From Acidobacteriota bacterium (GTDB lineage Bacteria; Acidobacteriota; Vicinamibacteria; Vicinamibacterales; CAVVIG01), in NCBI GenBank assembly GCA_016195265.1, contig JACPZW010000009.1, positions 1,125-65,124 of the forward strand: a stretch of DNA of 64,000 nucleotides, in the 5' to 3' direction. This document shows positions 11,342 to 19,457 of the stretch, piece by piece. The notes under the pieces are model-generated. The model searched no databases. It was not told the origin of the DNA and saw only the letters and a program-made list of their open reading frames with translations. Each line of letters opens with the position of its first letter. Position 1 is the stretch's first letter. A program made the translations under genes and the position numbers.

Positions 11342-12595
11342 TTGGCACAATCGACCGGCTTCTCCAGACCTTCCCAGGACCTCTTCTGTGACGGCGTGCC
11401 GCTCGCCGCAATCGCCGCGAAAGAGGGCACGCCGGTCTACGTCTACAGCGCGGCGGTCCTCCGCGAGCGCTACCTCGGGATCGATCGCGCGTTTGGCGGA
11501 TACCCGCACGCGCTCCACTATGCGATGAAGGCCAACTCGACGTTGGCTCTCGTGAAAGTTCTGCGGGACGCCGGCAGCGCCGCCGACGCGAACTCCATCT
11601 GGGAGATCGAGGTCGCCCGGCGGGCCGGCTTCGAGCCCGGGCAGATCGTCTTCACGGGCGTCGGCAAGTCGCAGGCCGAGCTCGAGTGCGCCGCCGGCCT
11701 CGGCGTGAAGGCCATCAACGTGGAGTCGGCCGGCGAGCTCGCCCGCGTGGAGGCGATCGCGGCGCGACTTGAAAGAAAGGCGCGCGTGGCGATTCGGGTG
11801 AATCCCGACATCGACGCCCGAAGCCATCCGCACATCTCGACCGGTCTGAAGGTCAACAAGTTCGGCATACCGATCGAAGACGCCCGCGTCCTGTTCGATT
11901 CGTTGCGCACGCGGCCGGCGCTGACGCTCGTCGCGATTCACCTGCACGTCGGATCGCAGATCACGACGATCGTCCCACTGCGTCGCGCTGCCGCGGTCGC
12001 CGCCGATCTCAGCCGCCATTTGATACAGCAGGGGCTGCCGCTCGAATATGTGGACCTCGGCGGCGGCCTGGGCATCTCGTACGACGGAAGCCAGATCGTG
12101 TCGGTGGAGGAGTACGTCGAAGCCCTGGTCGCCGAGACGCGGCGGACATCGCTGCCGATCGTGCTCGAGCCCGGCCGCGCGATCGCCGGACCGGCCGGCG
12201 TGCTCCTGGCGACGGTGATTGACGTCAAGCCGCGCACGGCCGCGAGCGACTTCGCCGTCCTCGACGCGGGGATGACCGAGTTGCTGCGGCCCGCGCTCTA
12301 CGACGCATTCCACCGGATCGAACCCGTGTCCCGCCGCGCGGACGCGGGCGACCGCCAGTACGAATTCGTCGGCCCCGTCTGCGAGAGCAGCGATGTCGTC
12401 GGCCGAGACCGGGAGCTGCCGGCGCTTTCCGTCGGCGACGTGATGGCGATCCGCGACGCCGGCGCGTACGGATCGGCGATGGCGTCCAACTACAATCGGC
12501 GCCCGCTGCCGCCGGAAGTGCTGGTCGACGGCGGCGCGTGGCGCGTGATCCGCCGGCGGCAGACCGTCGACGACATGCTTTCAACGGAGACGTAG
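11342..12595 (+). CDS. lysA: Diaminopimelate decarboxylase
   Basis: Motifs include GTPVYVYS, YAMKANS (the PLP lysine), DLGGGLGI and GPVCESSD. The TTG start is uncertain by a few codons. Confidence 0.92.
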   Translation: MAQSTGFSRPSQDLFCDGVPLAAIAAKEGTPVYVYSAAVLRERYLGIDRAFGGYPHALHYAMKANSTLALVKVLRDAGSAADANSIWEIEVARRAGFEPGQIVFTGVGKSQAELECAAGLGVKAINVESAGELARVEAIAARLERKARVAIRVNPDIDARSHPHISTGLKVNKFGIPIEDARVLFDSLRTRPALTLVAIHLHVGSQITTIVPLRRAAAVAADLSRHLIQQGLPLEYVDLGGGLGISYDGSQIVSVEEYVEALVAETRRTSLPIVLEPGRAIAGPAGVLLATVIDVKPRTAASDFAVLDAGMTELLRPALYDAFHRIEPVSRRADAGDRQYEFVGPVCESSDVVGRDRELPALSVGDVMAIRDAGAYGSAMASNYNRRPLPPEVLVDGGAWRVIRRRQTVDDMLSTET

Positions 12596-12644
12596 GGCGC
12601 GGAGCTTGCTCCGCCCCGAAGGGCCGATCAAGGTCGGCCCCTAC
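12592..12644. repeat. REP-doublet element of the second GTAGG family
   Basis: The element GTAGGGCGCGGAGCTTGCTCCGCCCCGAAGGGCCGATCAAGGTCGGCCCCTAC contains two hairpins. Its GTAG head overlaps the lysA TAG stop codon. A near-identical copy lies in reverse orientation at 43957-44005. Confidence 0.8.
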
Positions 12645-12660
12645 GACCATCACCCTCACT

Positions 12661-13251
12661 ATGGGACACATCATCGCGTTCGAAGGACTCGATCAGAGCG
12701 GCAAGCAGACGCAGGCCGAGCGGCTGCGCGATCACCTCAAGCAGAACGGCGGCAAGGCGCGCCTGGTCTCGTTTCCCGACTACGGCACCTCCATCGGCGA
12801 GGAGATCGCGCGCGCGCTGCAGGGTGAGCGCGACTACGGCCCGGACGTCATGCAACTGCTCTACATCGCGAACCGGTACGAGAAAAAACCCGATCTCAAA
12901 CGCTGGCTCGACGGCGGGCTCGTGCTGCTGTGCGATCGCTACACCGCGTCCAGCGTCGCCTACGGCGAAGCCTTGGGCCTCGATCCGGCGTGGCTGATCG
13001 AGATACAGAAGTTTCTGCCGCCCGCGTCGCTGACGATCCTCCTCGATATCGCGCCGGAGACCGCTGTCGGACGCAAGTCCGTGGACCGTGATCGCTACGA
13101 GCGGGACCGCGCGATGCAGGGCCGCGTGCGCGAGAGCTATCGGCGGCAGGCCGCGGCCGGACAGTGGATCGTGCTCGACGGCGAGCGGTCGAAAGACGAG
13201 ATCGCCGCGGACGTCTTCAGCGCCGTAACGTCACGACTCGCGCGGCCGTAA
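12661..13251 (+). CDS. tmk: dTMP kinase
   Basis: IAFEGLDQSGKQTQ forms the P-loop, and CDRYTASSVAYG is also present. The start is ATG 12661. Confidence 0.93.
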   Translation: MGHIIAFEGLDQSGKQTQAERLRDHLKQNGGKARLVSFPDYGTSIGEEIARALQGERDYGPDVMQLLYIANRYEKKPDLKRWLDGGLVLLCDRYTASSVAYGEALGLDPAWLIEIQKFLPPASLTILLDIAPETAVGRKSVDRDRYERDRAMQGRVRESYRRQAAAGQWIVLDGERSKDEIAADVFSAVTSRLARP

Positions 13252-13993
13252 GCGCCCGCACCTCCCGCACGCCCGCGGCCTTCAACGCGCGCGCGCACGC
13301 TTCGAGCGTCGCCCCCGTCGTGCTCACATCGTCGACGAGCACGACGATGGCGCCCGCGAGCCGCCGGCCCGCGCGGGTGACACGAAACGCATCGCGCACG
13401 TTGCCGTGTCGCCGCGCGGCCGGGAGGCCCGTCTGCGTCGGCGTCGCGCGCGTGCGTGCCAGCGCCGCGACGCGCGGAAGCGGCAGGCGCGCTGCGAGAT
13501 CGGCTGCCTGGTTGAAGCCGCGATGGCGCCGGCGTGACGGATGCAGCGGTACCGCGACGCCGCACGTGGCGCCGTCGAGGATGTCGGCGCCCCGGACGCG
13601 CATCATCTCCGCCAGGGGCGCCGCGAGCGACCGGCGGCCTTCGTACTTAAACGCATGGATGATCGCGCGGAGTGCGCCGTCGTACGCGCCGATCGCGCGC
13701 GCCTGATCCACGAGCCGCCGCGACCGCCGGCAACGCGGGCAGCGGGCGAGCGGCACGCTGAGGGTTCGCCAGGTCGGCAGCGAATCGCCGCAGCGGTCAC
13801 ACAGCGGCGGCGTCAGCGGGAGGATGGACTGCCAGCATCGCGTGCACACGGGGCCGCGCGTCGGCTGTTCCAGCGGCTCCTGGCAGGCCGCGCAGGAGGG
13901 CGCGAGCGCGACCGTGATGAGGGCGTCCAGCGCAGCCGTCAGTCGCGGGCGGAGGGTCGCAAGTCGAGCCGCAAGCGCGTGGGCCAGGCTCAC
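13217..13993 (-). CDS. ComF-family protein (phosphoribosyltransferase fold)
   Basis: An N-terminal Cys-rich zinc region (CAAC...CTRC...CDRC...CPRC) and a C-terminal VVLVDDVSTTGATL PRTase motif. Confidence 0.85.
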   Translation of the reverse strand: MSLAHALAARLATLRPRLTAALDALITVALAPSCAACQEPLEQPTRGPVCTRCWQSILPLTPPLCDRCGDSLPTWRTLSVPLARCPRCRRSRRLVDQARAIGAYDGALRAIIHAFKYEGRRSLAAPLAEMMRVRGADILDGATCGVAVPLHPSRRRHRGFNQAADLAARLPLPRVAALARTRATPTQTGLPAARRHGNVRDAFRVTRAGRRLAGAIVVLVDDVSTTGATLEACARALKAAGVREVRALTAARVVTLRR

Positions 13994-14018
13994 AGCGCAC
14001 TCCGGCGTGTGGAATGGA

Positions 14019-14399
14019 CTACGGCGCGGCGGGAAGCTCGATGCGGGCCGCGTTGCCCCAGAGACGCTCGAGCCCGTAGAACACGCGCGTCTCCGGCGCG
14101 AAGATGTGCACGATGAAATCGAAGTAGTCGATCAGAATCCACTCGGATCGATCGTAGCCTTCCAGGTGCGCAGGCTTGGCGCCCTGGGCGGCCAGCGTCT
14201 CCATCACGGCATCGGCAATCGCGCGGGTCTGCCGCGTGTTGGTCCCCGAACAAATCAGAAAGAAATCGGTGAAGCCGCCGGCGGCGCGGAGATCGAGGAC
14301 CACGATGTCCCGCGCCTGCTTGTCTTCCGCCGTCGCAATCGCGCGCTCGACCTGCGCGTACAGCTTGATGGGTTTCTTTCGCTTGTCAGTCCTGGCCAT
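14019..14399 (-). CDS. rsfS: Ribosome silencing factor
   Basis: Motifs include DIVVLDL...TDFFLICSG, GYDRSEWILIDY and VHIF. The start is the ATG at 14399. Confidence 0.9.
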   Translation of the reverse strand: MARTDKRKKPIKLYAQVERAIATAEDKQARDIVVLDLRAAGGFTDFFLICSGTNTRQTRAIADAVMETLAAQGAKPAHLEGYDRSEWILIDYFDFIVHIFAPETRVFYGLERLWGNAARIELPAAP

Positions 14400-15096
14400 G
14401 CAACCCGCCTGCCGCCGGCGGCTGCGGCGGATCCGACACCCGCCGGCCCGGCGGCATTGCCGAGTAAAGTCCGTGCTGCTCAATGTGTTGCTGGACGCCG
14501 GCGGGGACCAGGCCCGCGATAGACTCGCCGGCCGCCAGCCTGCGGCGGATCGCAGTAGATGACACGTCCGCGGTCTGCGCATCGATCAAAAAAATCATCG
14601 GGTCGAGCGCCGCCAGCGAATCGCCCGGCGGCCGGACCATGCGCGATGCCAGTCGCGGCAGCCGGTGCGACAGTTCGTCCACCGGGTAACCGGGACGCGA
14701 CACGACCGCGAAGTTCGCCAGATCGAGGATCGACGGGTAGTCGCGCCAGCTGCCGATGTCGAGAAAGGCGTCGGCGCCGATGACAAAGAACAACTCGGTG
14801 GCCGCATACCCGCGCTCGAGAAAGCGCTTCAACGTTTCCGATGTGTACGACGGCGTCAGCACGCGCAGCTCGAGATCCGTCGACCGCCATCCGTCGCGCC
14901 CGTTGACCGCGATCGCCGCCATGGCAAAGCGGTGGTAGGCGGAGGCGAAAGGCTGAGGCCGGTGCGGAGGCACGTTGGCCGTGACGACGAACACCCGCCG
15001 CAGGTCCAGCGCGGCCTGGGCCGACAGGCCGACGTCGACGTGCCCGGAGTGGATCGGATCGAAGGTGCCGCCCAGAATGCCGATGCGTCGCGTCAT
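14386..15096 (-). CDS. nadD: Nicotinate-nucleotide adenylyltransferase
   Basis: Motifs include GILGGTFDPIHSGH and SSTAIRRR. The start is the ATG at 15096, with an alternative TTG at 15102. Confidence 0.9.
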   Translation of the reverse strand: MTRRIGILGGTFDPIHSGHVDVGLSAQAALDLRRVFVVTANVPPHRPQPFASAYHRFAMAAIAVNGRDGWRSTDLELRVLTPSYTSETLKRFLERGYAATELFFVIGADAFLDIGSWRDYPSILDLANFAVVSRPGYPVDELSHRLPRLASRMVRPPGDSLAALDPMIFLIDAQTADVSSTAIRRRLAAGESIAGLVPAGVQQHIEQHGLYSAMPPGRRVSDPPQPPAAGGLHGQD

Positions 15097-15098
15097 GC

Positions 15099-16160
15099 TC
15101 AAGAAATCTTAGACGGGACCGCGACCGCGTGCTGCCGCCGCGCCTCTGCCAGATGGTGCCACATCTTTTCGAGCAATTCCGGCACGCCCGCACCGGTCAC
15201 GCCGGAAATGCGGAAGAAGGGCAGCCGCAGCGCGGCGGCGCGCGTCCCGAGCGCCTGCACGCGCGCCTCGCCATCGTCCGGCTCGAGCGCGTCGATCTTG
15301 TTGGCGGTCACGATCTGCGGCTTGGCCGCCAGCGCCGGCTGGAACAACTCCAGTTCCCTCCGCACCGTGTCCAGATCCTCGACCGGATCGCGCCCCGTCG
15401 CGCCGGACACGTCCACCAGATGCACGAGCAGCTGCGTGCGCTCGAGATGGCGCAGGAACTGGTGGCCGAGGCCCGTGCCGCGATGCGCGCCCTCGATCAG
15501 TCCGGGAACGTCGGCCACCGTGAAGCTGCGGTCGCCGCTCAGTCCGACGACACCGAGGTTGGGCGTCAGCGTGGTGAAGGGGTAGTCGGCGATCTTCGGA
15601 CGGGCGGCGGAGATGCGCGCAATCAGCGTGGACTTGCCGGCGTTGGGGAACCCAACGAGTCCCACGTCGGCCAGCAGCTTCAGCTCGAGCCGCAGATCCT
15701 TGATCTCGCCGGGCTCGCCAGGCTGGACCTTCCGCGGCGCGCGATTGGTCGCGGTCGCAAAACGCGCGTTGCCCATGCCGCCGCGTCCGCCCTTCGCCAC
15801 GAGGACACGCTGGCCTTCCGCGGCGAGGTCGGCGACGAGCCGCATCGGCTCGGCCGGATCGGCGGAGCGCTCGTACACGAGCGTGCCGATCGGCACCGCC
15901 AGCTCGAGGTCCGCGCCGGTCTTGCCGGTGCAGTTCGAGCCCTGCCCGTGATCGCCGCGCTCGGCCGAGAACTCGGGATGAAAGCGGAAGTTGATGAGGG
16001 TGTTGACGTGCGGGCTGGCCACCACGAAGACCGACCCGCCGTGACCGCCGTCGCCGCCGCTGGGGCCGCCGCGCGGGACGAACTTCTCGCGGCGGAACGC
16101 CATGCAGCCGCGCCCGCCGCCTCCGGCTTCGACGTGAATGTCGACTTCGTCGACGAACAA
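15099..16160 (-). CDS. obgE: GTPase Obg/CgtA
   Basis: A Gly-rich Obg fold (GGGGRGCMAFRREKF...GGDGGHGGSV) plus the G-domain motifs GFPNAGKST, DVPGLIEGA and NKID. Confidence 0.95.
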   Translation of the reverse strand: MFVDEVDIHVEAGGGGRGCMAFRREKFVPRGGPSGGDGGHGGSVFVVASPHVNTLINFRFHPEFSAERGDHGQGSNCTGKTGADLELAVPIGTLVYERSADPAEPMRLVADLAAEGQRVLVAKGGRGGMGNARFATATNRAPRKVQPGEPGEIKDLRLELKLLADVGLVGFPNAGKSTLIARISAARPKIADYPFTTLTPNLGVVGLSGDRSFTVADVPGLIEGAHRGTGLGHQFLRHLERTQLLVHLVDVSGATGRDPVEDLDTVRRELELFQPALAAKPQIVTANKIDALEPDDGEARVQALGTRAAALRLPFFRISGVTGAGVPELLEKMWHHLAEARRQHAVAVPSKIS

Positions 16161-16161
16161 G

Positions 16162-16419
16162 TTATTCGAGCGGCTGAATGCTGATGACGCGGCCCTTGGC
16201 GCCGTGGTCCTCGAACTTCACGCGTCCGGCGACCTTGGCGAAGATCGTGTCGTCCTTGCCGAGGCCGGCGTTCAATCCCGGATGGAAGCGGCGTCCGCGC
16301 TGCCGGACGATGATGGTTCCGCCCGAGACGAGGTTGCCGTCGTGCGCCTTGACGCCGAGCCGCTGCGAGTTCGAGTCGCGGCCGTTCCGTGAGCTGCCTT
16401 GTCCTTTTTTGTGAGCCAT
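16162..16419 (-). CDS. rpmA: 50S ribosomal protein L27
   Basis: [24 protein letters not shown]...IIVRQRG. Confidence 0.97.
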   Translation of the reverse strand: MAHKKGQGSSRNGRDSNSQRLGVKAHDGNLVSGGTIIVRQRGRRFHPGLNAGLGKDDTIFAKVAGRVKFEDHGAKGRVISIQPLE

Positions 16420-16434
16420 TGCTGTAGTCCAGAA

Positions 16435-16497
16435 GTGGCTGGTGTCTGGTGGCTGGTGGCTGGGTCTTTCCAGCCCCTGGTCCCTAGCCTCCAGTCC
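16435..16497. repeat. Imperfect heptad hairpin between rplU and rpmA (GGTGGCT family)
   Basis: The arm gtggctggtgtctggtggctggtggctggg, the loop tcttt and the arm ccagcccctggtccctagcctccagtccc fill almost the whole intercistronic spacer. Confidence 0.65.
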
Positions 16498-16812
16498 CTA
16501 TGCCTGTATCTCTCTTATCGTCACGCTGGTGTGGACCGCGCGGTGCCCCTTGGTCCGGCGCATGCCCTTGCGGCGCTTCTTCTTGAACACGCGGATCTTC
16601 GGCCCGCGCGATTCGCCGTCGACGACCGCCACGACGCGCGCGTTGGCGACGTAGGGCGCGCCGGTCAGCACTTCGCCGCCGTCCTTTTCGACGAGCAGCA
16701 CCTCGTTGAGCGTCAGCTCGGCGCCCGGCTCGCCCGCGGTGCCCGCCAGCGTCGCCCGTCCGCCCGGCTCGACCCGCAGCTGGTGCCCGCCGCTCTGGAT
16801 GATTGCGTACAT
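16498..16812 (-). CDS. rplU: 50S ribosomal protein L21
   Basis: MYAIIQSGGHQLRVEPG...KIRVFKKKRRKGMRRTKGHR. Confidence 0.97.
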   Translation of the reverse strand: MYAIIQSGGHQLRVEPGGRATLAGTAGEPGAELTLNEVLLVEKDGGEVLTGAPYVANARVVAVVDGESRGPKIRVFKKKRRKGMRRTKGHRAVHTSVTIREIQA

Positions 16813-16884
16813 AATCGGCCCCTGTGGAAAGGAGCCAGTGTAGCACTGAAAGGGGTTCCGTCGCCTAACGTCGCCTCCGGTGGG

Positions 16885-17775
16885 CTACTTCAAAAGGACG
16901 CGCGTGCCCTTGATCTTCTGGCTGCTGAGAGCGCTCAGGAAATTGGGAACCAGGCGGTCCATGAGCTCGAAATACGACGACAGCGCGGGCGTATTCTGCT
17001 GCGCGTTGTAGAGCACTTCCTCGCGGTAGCTCTCCGAGTACATCGTCGCGCCTGTCCGGCCGTCGATGAACACGAACTTGGGCCGGAGCAGGAATCCCTT
17101 GCGCTCCATGTAGGTCCGTACGGGCACGACGCGGCGGCGGCCGTAGGGGTCCATCACTTCCTGATCGCGCTGGACGATGCCGGACGTGGACCGGTTCGCG
17201 AACAGCACGGTGCCCGTGACGATCAGCGGGTTCTGGAACTCTTCGCCGATCCGCTTCCAGTACGCGGTGTTGGCGAACAGGCGCTCGTACGGCTCCAGAT
17301 CTTTTTCGTCCTTGATGCTCTTCGCCAGCGTGAGCCCCTGCGCCGCGCGATCGGCCGCAGCGCCAGAACCCGCGGGACCGCCGGCGCCTGCCGGAGCCGC
17401 GGGCTTCGCCGCCGAGGCCGCCCGGTCACGGGCAGCGGCATCGTCGGTCGCCGCGCTGCCGGCGTTCTGATCTTGCGCGACTTCGACGAGCGGCAGGATG
17501 TCGGCGTCGATCACGCGCAGCGAGGACTTCGTGCGCAGCTGGCTGCGGAGCAGGCGAACGGTTTCCTGATTCGCGTCGATGTCCTCGTTGCCGCCGGCGA
17601 CGAAGCCGGCCACGAGCACGCGCTGAAACGCCGACACGTCCATCTTCGGCTGGATGGGCGTCTCGATGGGAATTTCGTAGGTGTCCGGCCCGCACGCGAG
17701 CGCGATCGCCGCGACGAGTGCGGCCCCGGCTGCGAGGGCGAGCCTACTTGTCTTTGACAGCGGTCGTCCGATCAT
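16885..17775 (-). CDS. Lipoprotein of unknown function with an Ala-rich linker
   Basis: Signal/lipobox MIGRPLSKTSRLALAAGAALVAAIALAC|GPD. The only in-frame start (ATG 17775) lies 32 nt inside the 3' end of the upstream TPR gene. Confidence 0.65.
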   Translation of the reverse strand: MIGRPLSKTSRLALAAGAALVAAIALACGPDTYEIPIETPIQPKMDVSAFQRVLVAGFVAGGNEDIDANQETVRLLRSQLRTKSSLRVIDADILPLVEVAQDQNAGSAATDDAAARDRAASAAKPAAPAGAGGPAGSGAAADRAAQGLTLAKSIKDEKDLEPYERLFANTAYWKRIGEEFQNPLIVTGTVLFANRSTSGIVQRDQEVMDPYGRRRVVPVRTYMERKGFLLRPKFVFIDGRTGATMYSESYREEVLYNAQQNTPALSSYFELMDRLVPNFLSALSSQKIKGTRVLLK

Positions 17776-18100
17776 TGATTTCCTTGAAGAGCTCGTAGTT
17801 CTGGCGAATCGGCTCGTTGTTGGGACTGAGTTCGATGGCCTTCTCGTAGGCCTTGCGCGCTTTGTCGAGCTGCCCTTCGTGTTCGTAGGCGATGGCCAAA
17901 TCGTTGTAGGCCGCGGCGTATTTCGGGTCGATCTCGACGGCTTTTTCCCAGCGGTAGATCGCCTCGCGCCACAGCCCGCGCTGCGCAACGTTGATCCCGA
18001 ATTCCACCTGCGACTTCGCGTCGCCTTTGGCGTCAGCCAATGACGGCGCCGCCGCCAGCAAGGCCACACCGGCCGCGACCACGCCCGCGAATCTCTTCAT
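17744..18100 (-). CDS. Secreted tetratricopeptide-repeat protein
   Basis: A signal peptide is followed by TPR-like A-x-Y-N-L-A-x-A-Y...G...A...Y-x-K-A-I-E-L-x-P-N repeats. Confidence 0.8.
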   Translation of the reverse strand: MKRFAGVVAAGVALLAAAPSLADAKGDAKSQVEFGINVAQRGLWREAIYRWEKAVEIDPKYAAAYNDLAIAYEHEGQLDKARKAYEKAIELSPNNEPIRQNYELFKEINDRTTAVKDK

Positions 18101-18322
18101 GGCTGGATACCGCCACTATATCCACACGCTGAGCGGGCGTGCAAGGCAATTGGACCGGTCACAGCCGGTACTTGGAGCAAGCCATATGCCATGGCCTCCA
18201 GCGAAAAACCGCGGGGATTCCGGGCGATCCAACCGCGGCGATTTACCAAACGCGGTCAGTGCTGTCCTCCCGCGTCGCTATAATAAAGGTAGAGGTTGGG
18301 CTCCGCGCCTGTGAGGTGCGGT

Positions 18323-19396
18323 ATGACCGACCCGTCCGACTTCGTCGCGCTGTCGCTGCTCCCCATCTGGTCCTGGCGGGAGGTGGCCGAGCGGCTCCGC
18401 GCCGGCGCCCCGCCGGCCGACATCCTCCGTCAGATCGCCGACCACCGCTGGCCCGACCAGCCGGACAGGATCCAGACCCTGCGCGCGGGCGCGCGCGACG
18501 CGCTCGCGCAGGCGGCCGCGCGCGAGATTGCACCCATCGCGTGGTCCGACGCGTCGTATCCGGTGGCGCTCACGACGATCGTTGATCCGCCGCCGGTGCT
18601 GTGGGCCCGTGGATGCCTCGGGGCGCTGAGCACGCCGTCGGTTGCGATCGTCGGCGCACGCGCGGCGTCGCCGTACGGGCTGACGGTCGCCGAGCATCTC
18701 GCCGCCGATCTTGCGGGATCAGGCGTGACGGTCGTCAGCGGTCTCGCGCGTGGCGTCGACTCGGCCGCGCACCGCGGCGCGCTGGCAGGCCGAGGGATCA
18801 CGATCGCGGTGCTCGGCTGCGGCGCCGACATCGTGTACCCGCCGGAACACGCGTCGCTGTCGCGCGACATCGAGCAGCGCGGCGCGATCGTCAGCGAGCT
18901 CGTGCCGGGAACGCCGCCGCTCCCGCCGTTCTTCCCGCAGCGCAACCGGATCATCAGCGGCCTGTCGCGCGCCGTCGTCGTGATCGAGGCGGGCGAGAAG
19001 AGCGGATCGTTGATCACCGCACGATGCGCGCTCGAGCAGGGACGTGACGTGCTGGCGGTGCCCGGCAACGTCCTGAGCGGCCGGAACCGCGGCGCTCACG
19101 GCCTCTTACGGGACGGTGCAAAGATTGTGGAGTCTGCGGACGATATCTTGGAGGAGCTGGGCATGTCGCAGGGGGACGGGAGTCGGAGTGCGATCGACGG
19201 CCGACTCCCGTGCCCCTCGACAGACCCGATTCTGGCGTGTCTGACGCCAGGTGAACCGAGCAATCTCGACGCAATCGCGGAGCGATCGGGCCTGAGTACT
19301 GCGCGGTTGCTGCCCCGGTTGTTCGAGCTCGAAATGCGCGGCGTCGTCGCGCGTGTCGGCGGCGGCCGGTTCGTCAGGGTTGACAGAACGTGCTAG
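18323..19396 (+). CDS. dprA: DNA-processing protein DprA
   Basis: Motifs include VAIVGARAASPYG, VVSGLARGVDSAAHRGAL and FPQRNRIISGLS. I chose ATG 18323, which follows GAGGTG, over the TTG at 18296. Confidence 0.9.
   Translation: MTDPSDFVALSLLPIWSWREVAERLRAGAPPADILRQIADHRWPDQPDRIQTLRAGARDALAQAAAREIAPIAWSDASYPVALTTIVDPPPVLWARGCLGALSTPSVAIVGARAASPYGLTVAEHLAADLAGSGVTVVSGLARGVDSAAHRGALAGRGITIAVLGCGADIVYPPEHASLSRDIEQRGAIVSELVPGTPPLPPFFPQRNRIISGLSRAVVVIEAGEKSGSLITARCALEQGRDVLAVPGNVLSGRNRGAHGLLRDGAKIVESADDILEELGMSQGDGSRSAIDGRLPCPSTDPILACLTPGEPSNLDAIAERSGLSTARLLPRLFELEMRGVVARVGGGRFVRVDRTC
19172..19216. repeat. Palindromic element inside dprA, with the same 15-mer as in uvrA
   Basis: GGGGACGGGAGTCGG (19172-19186), a 14-nt loop, then CCGACTCCCGTGCCCC (19201-19216). 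It is translated as GDGSRSAIDGRLPCP. Confidence 0.85.
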
Positions 19397-19407
19397 GGTA
19401 AAAAGAA

Positions 19408-19442
19408 AGTGAAAACTGAGAAGTGAGAAGTGAAAAGTGAGA
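19408..19442. repeat. One-armed purine heptad array, (AGTGARA)x5
   Basis: The units agtgaaa actgaga agtgaga agtgaaa agtgaga lie between the dprA stop codon and the topA start. Confidence 0.7.
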
Positions 19443-19457
19443 AGGCGGAAGGAATAA

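Noticed and set aside
10661-12313. Upstream 550 aa of the 664-aa minus-strand ORF 10319..12313
   Set aside because: Only the last 113 aa form a STAS protein. The rest overlaps the sigma gene and lysA in shadow frames.
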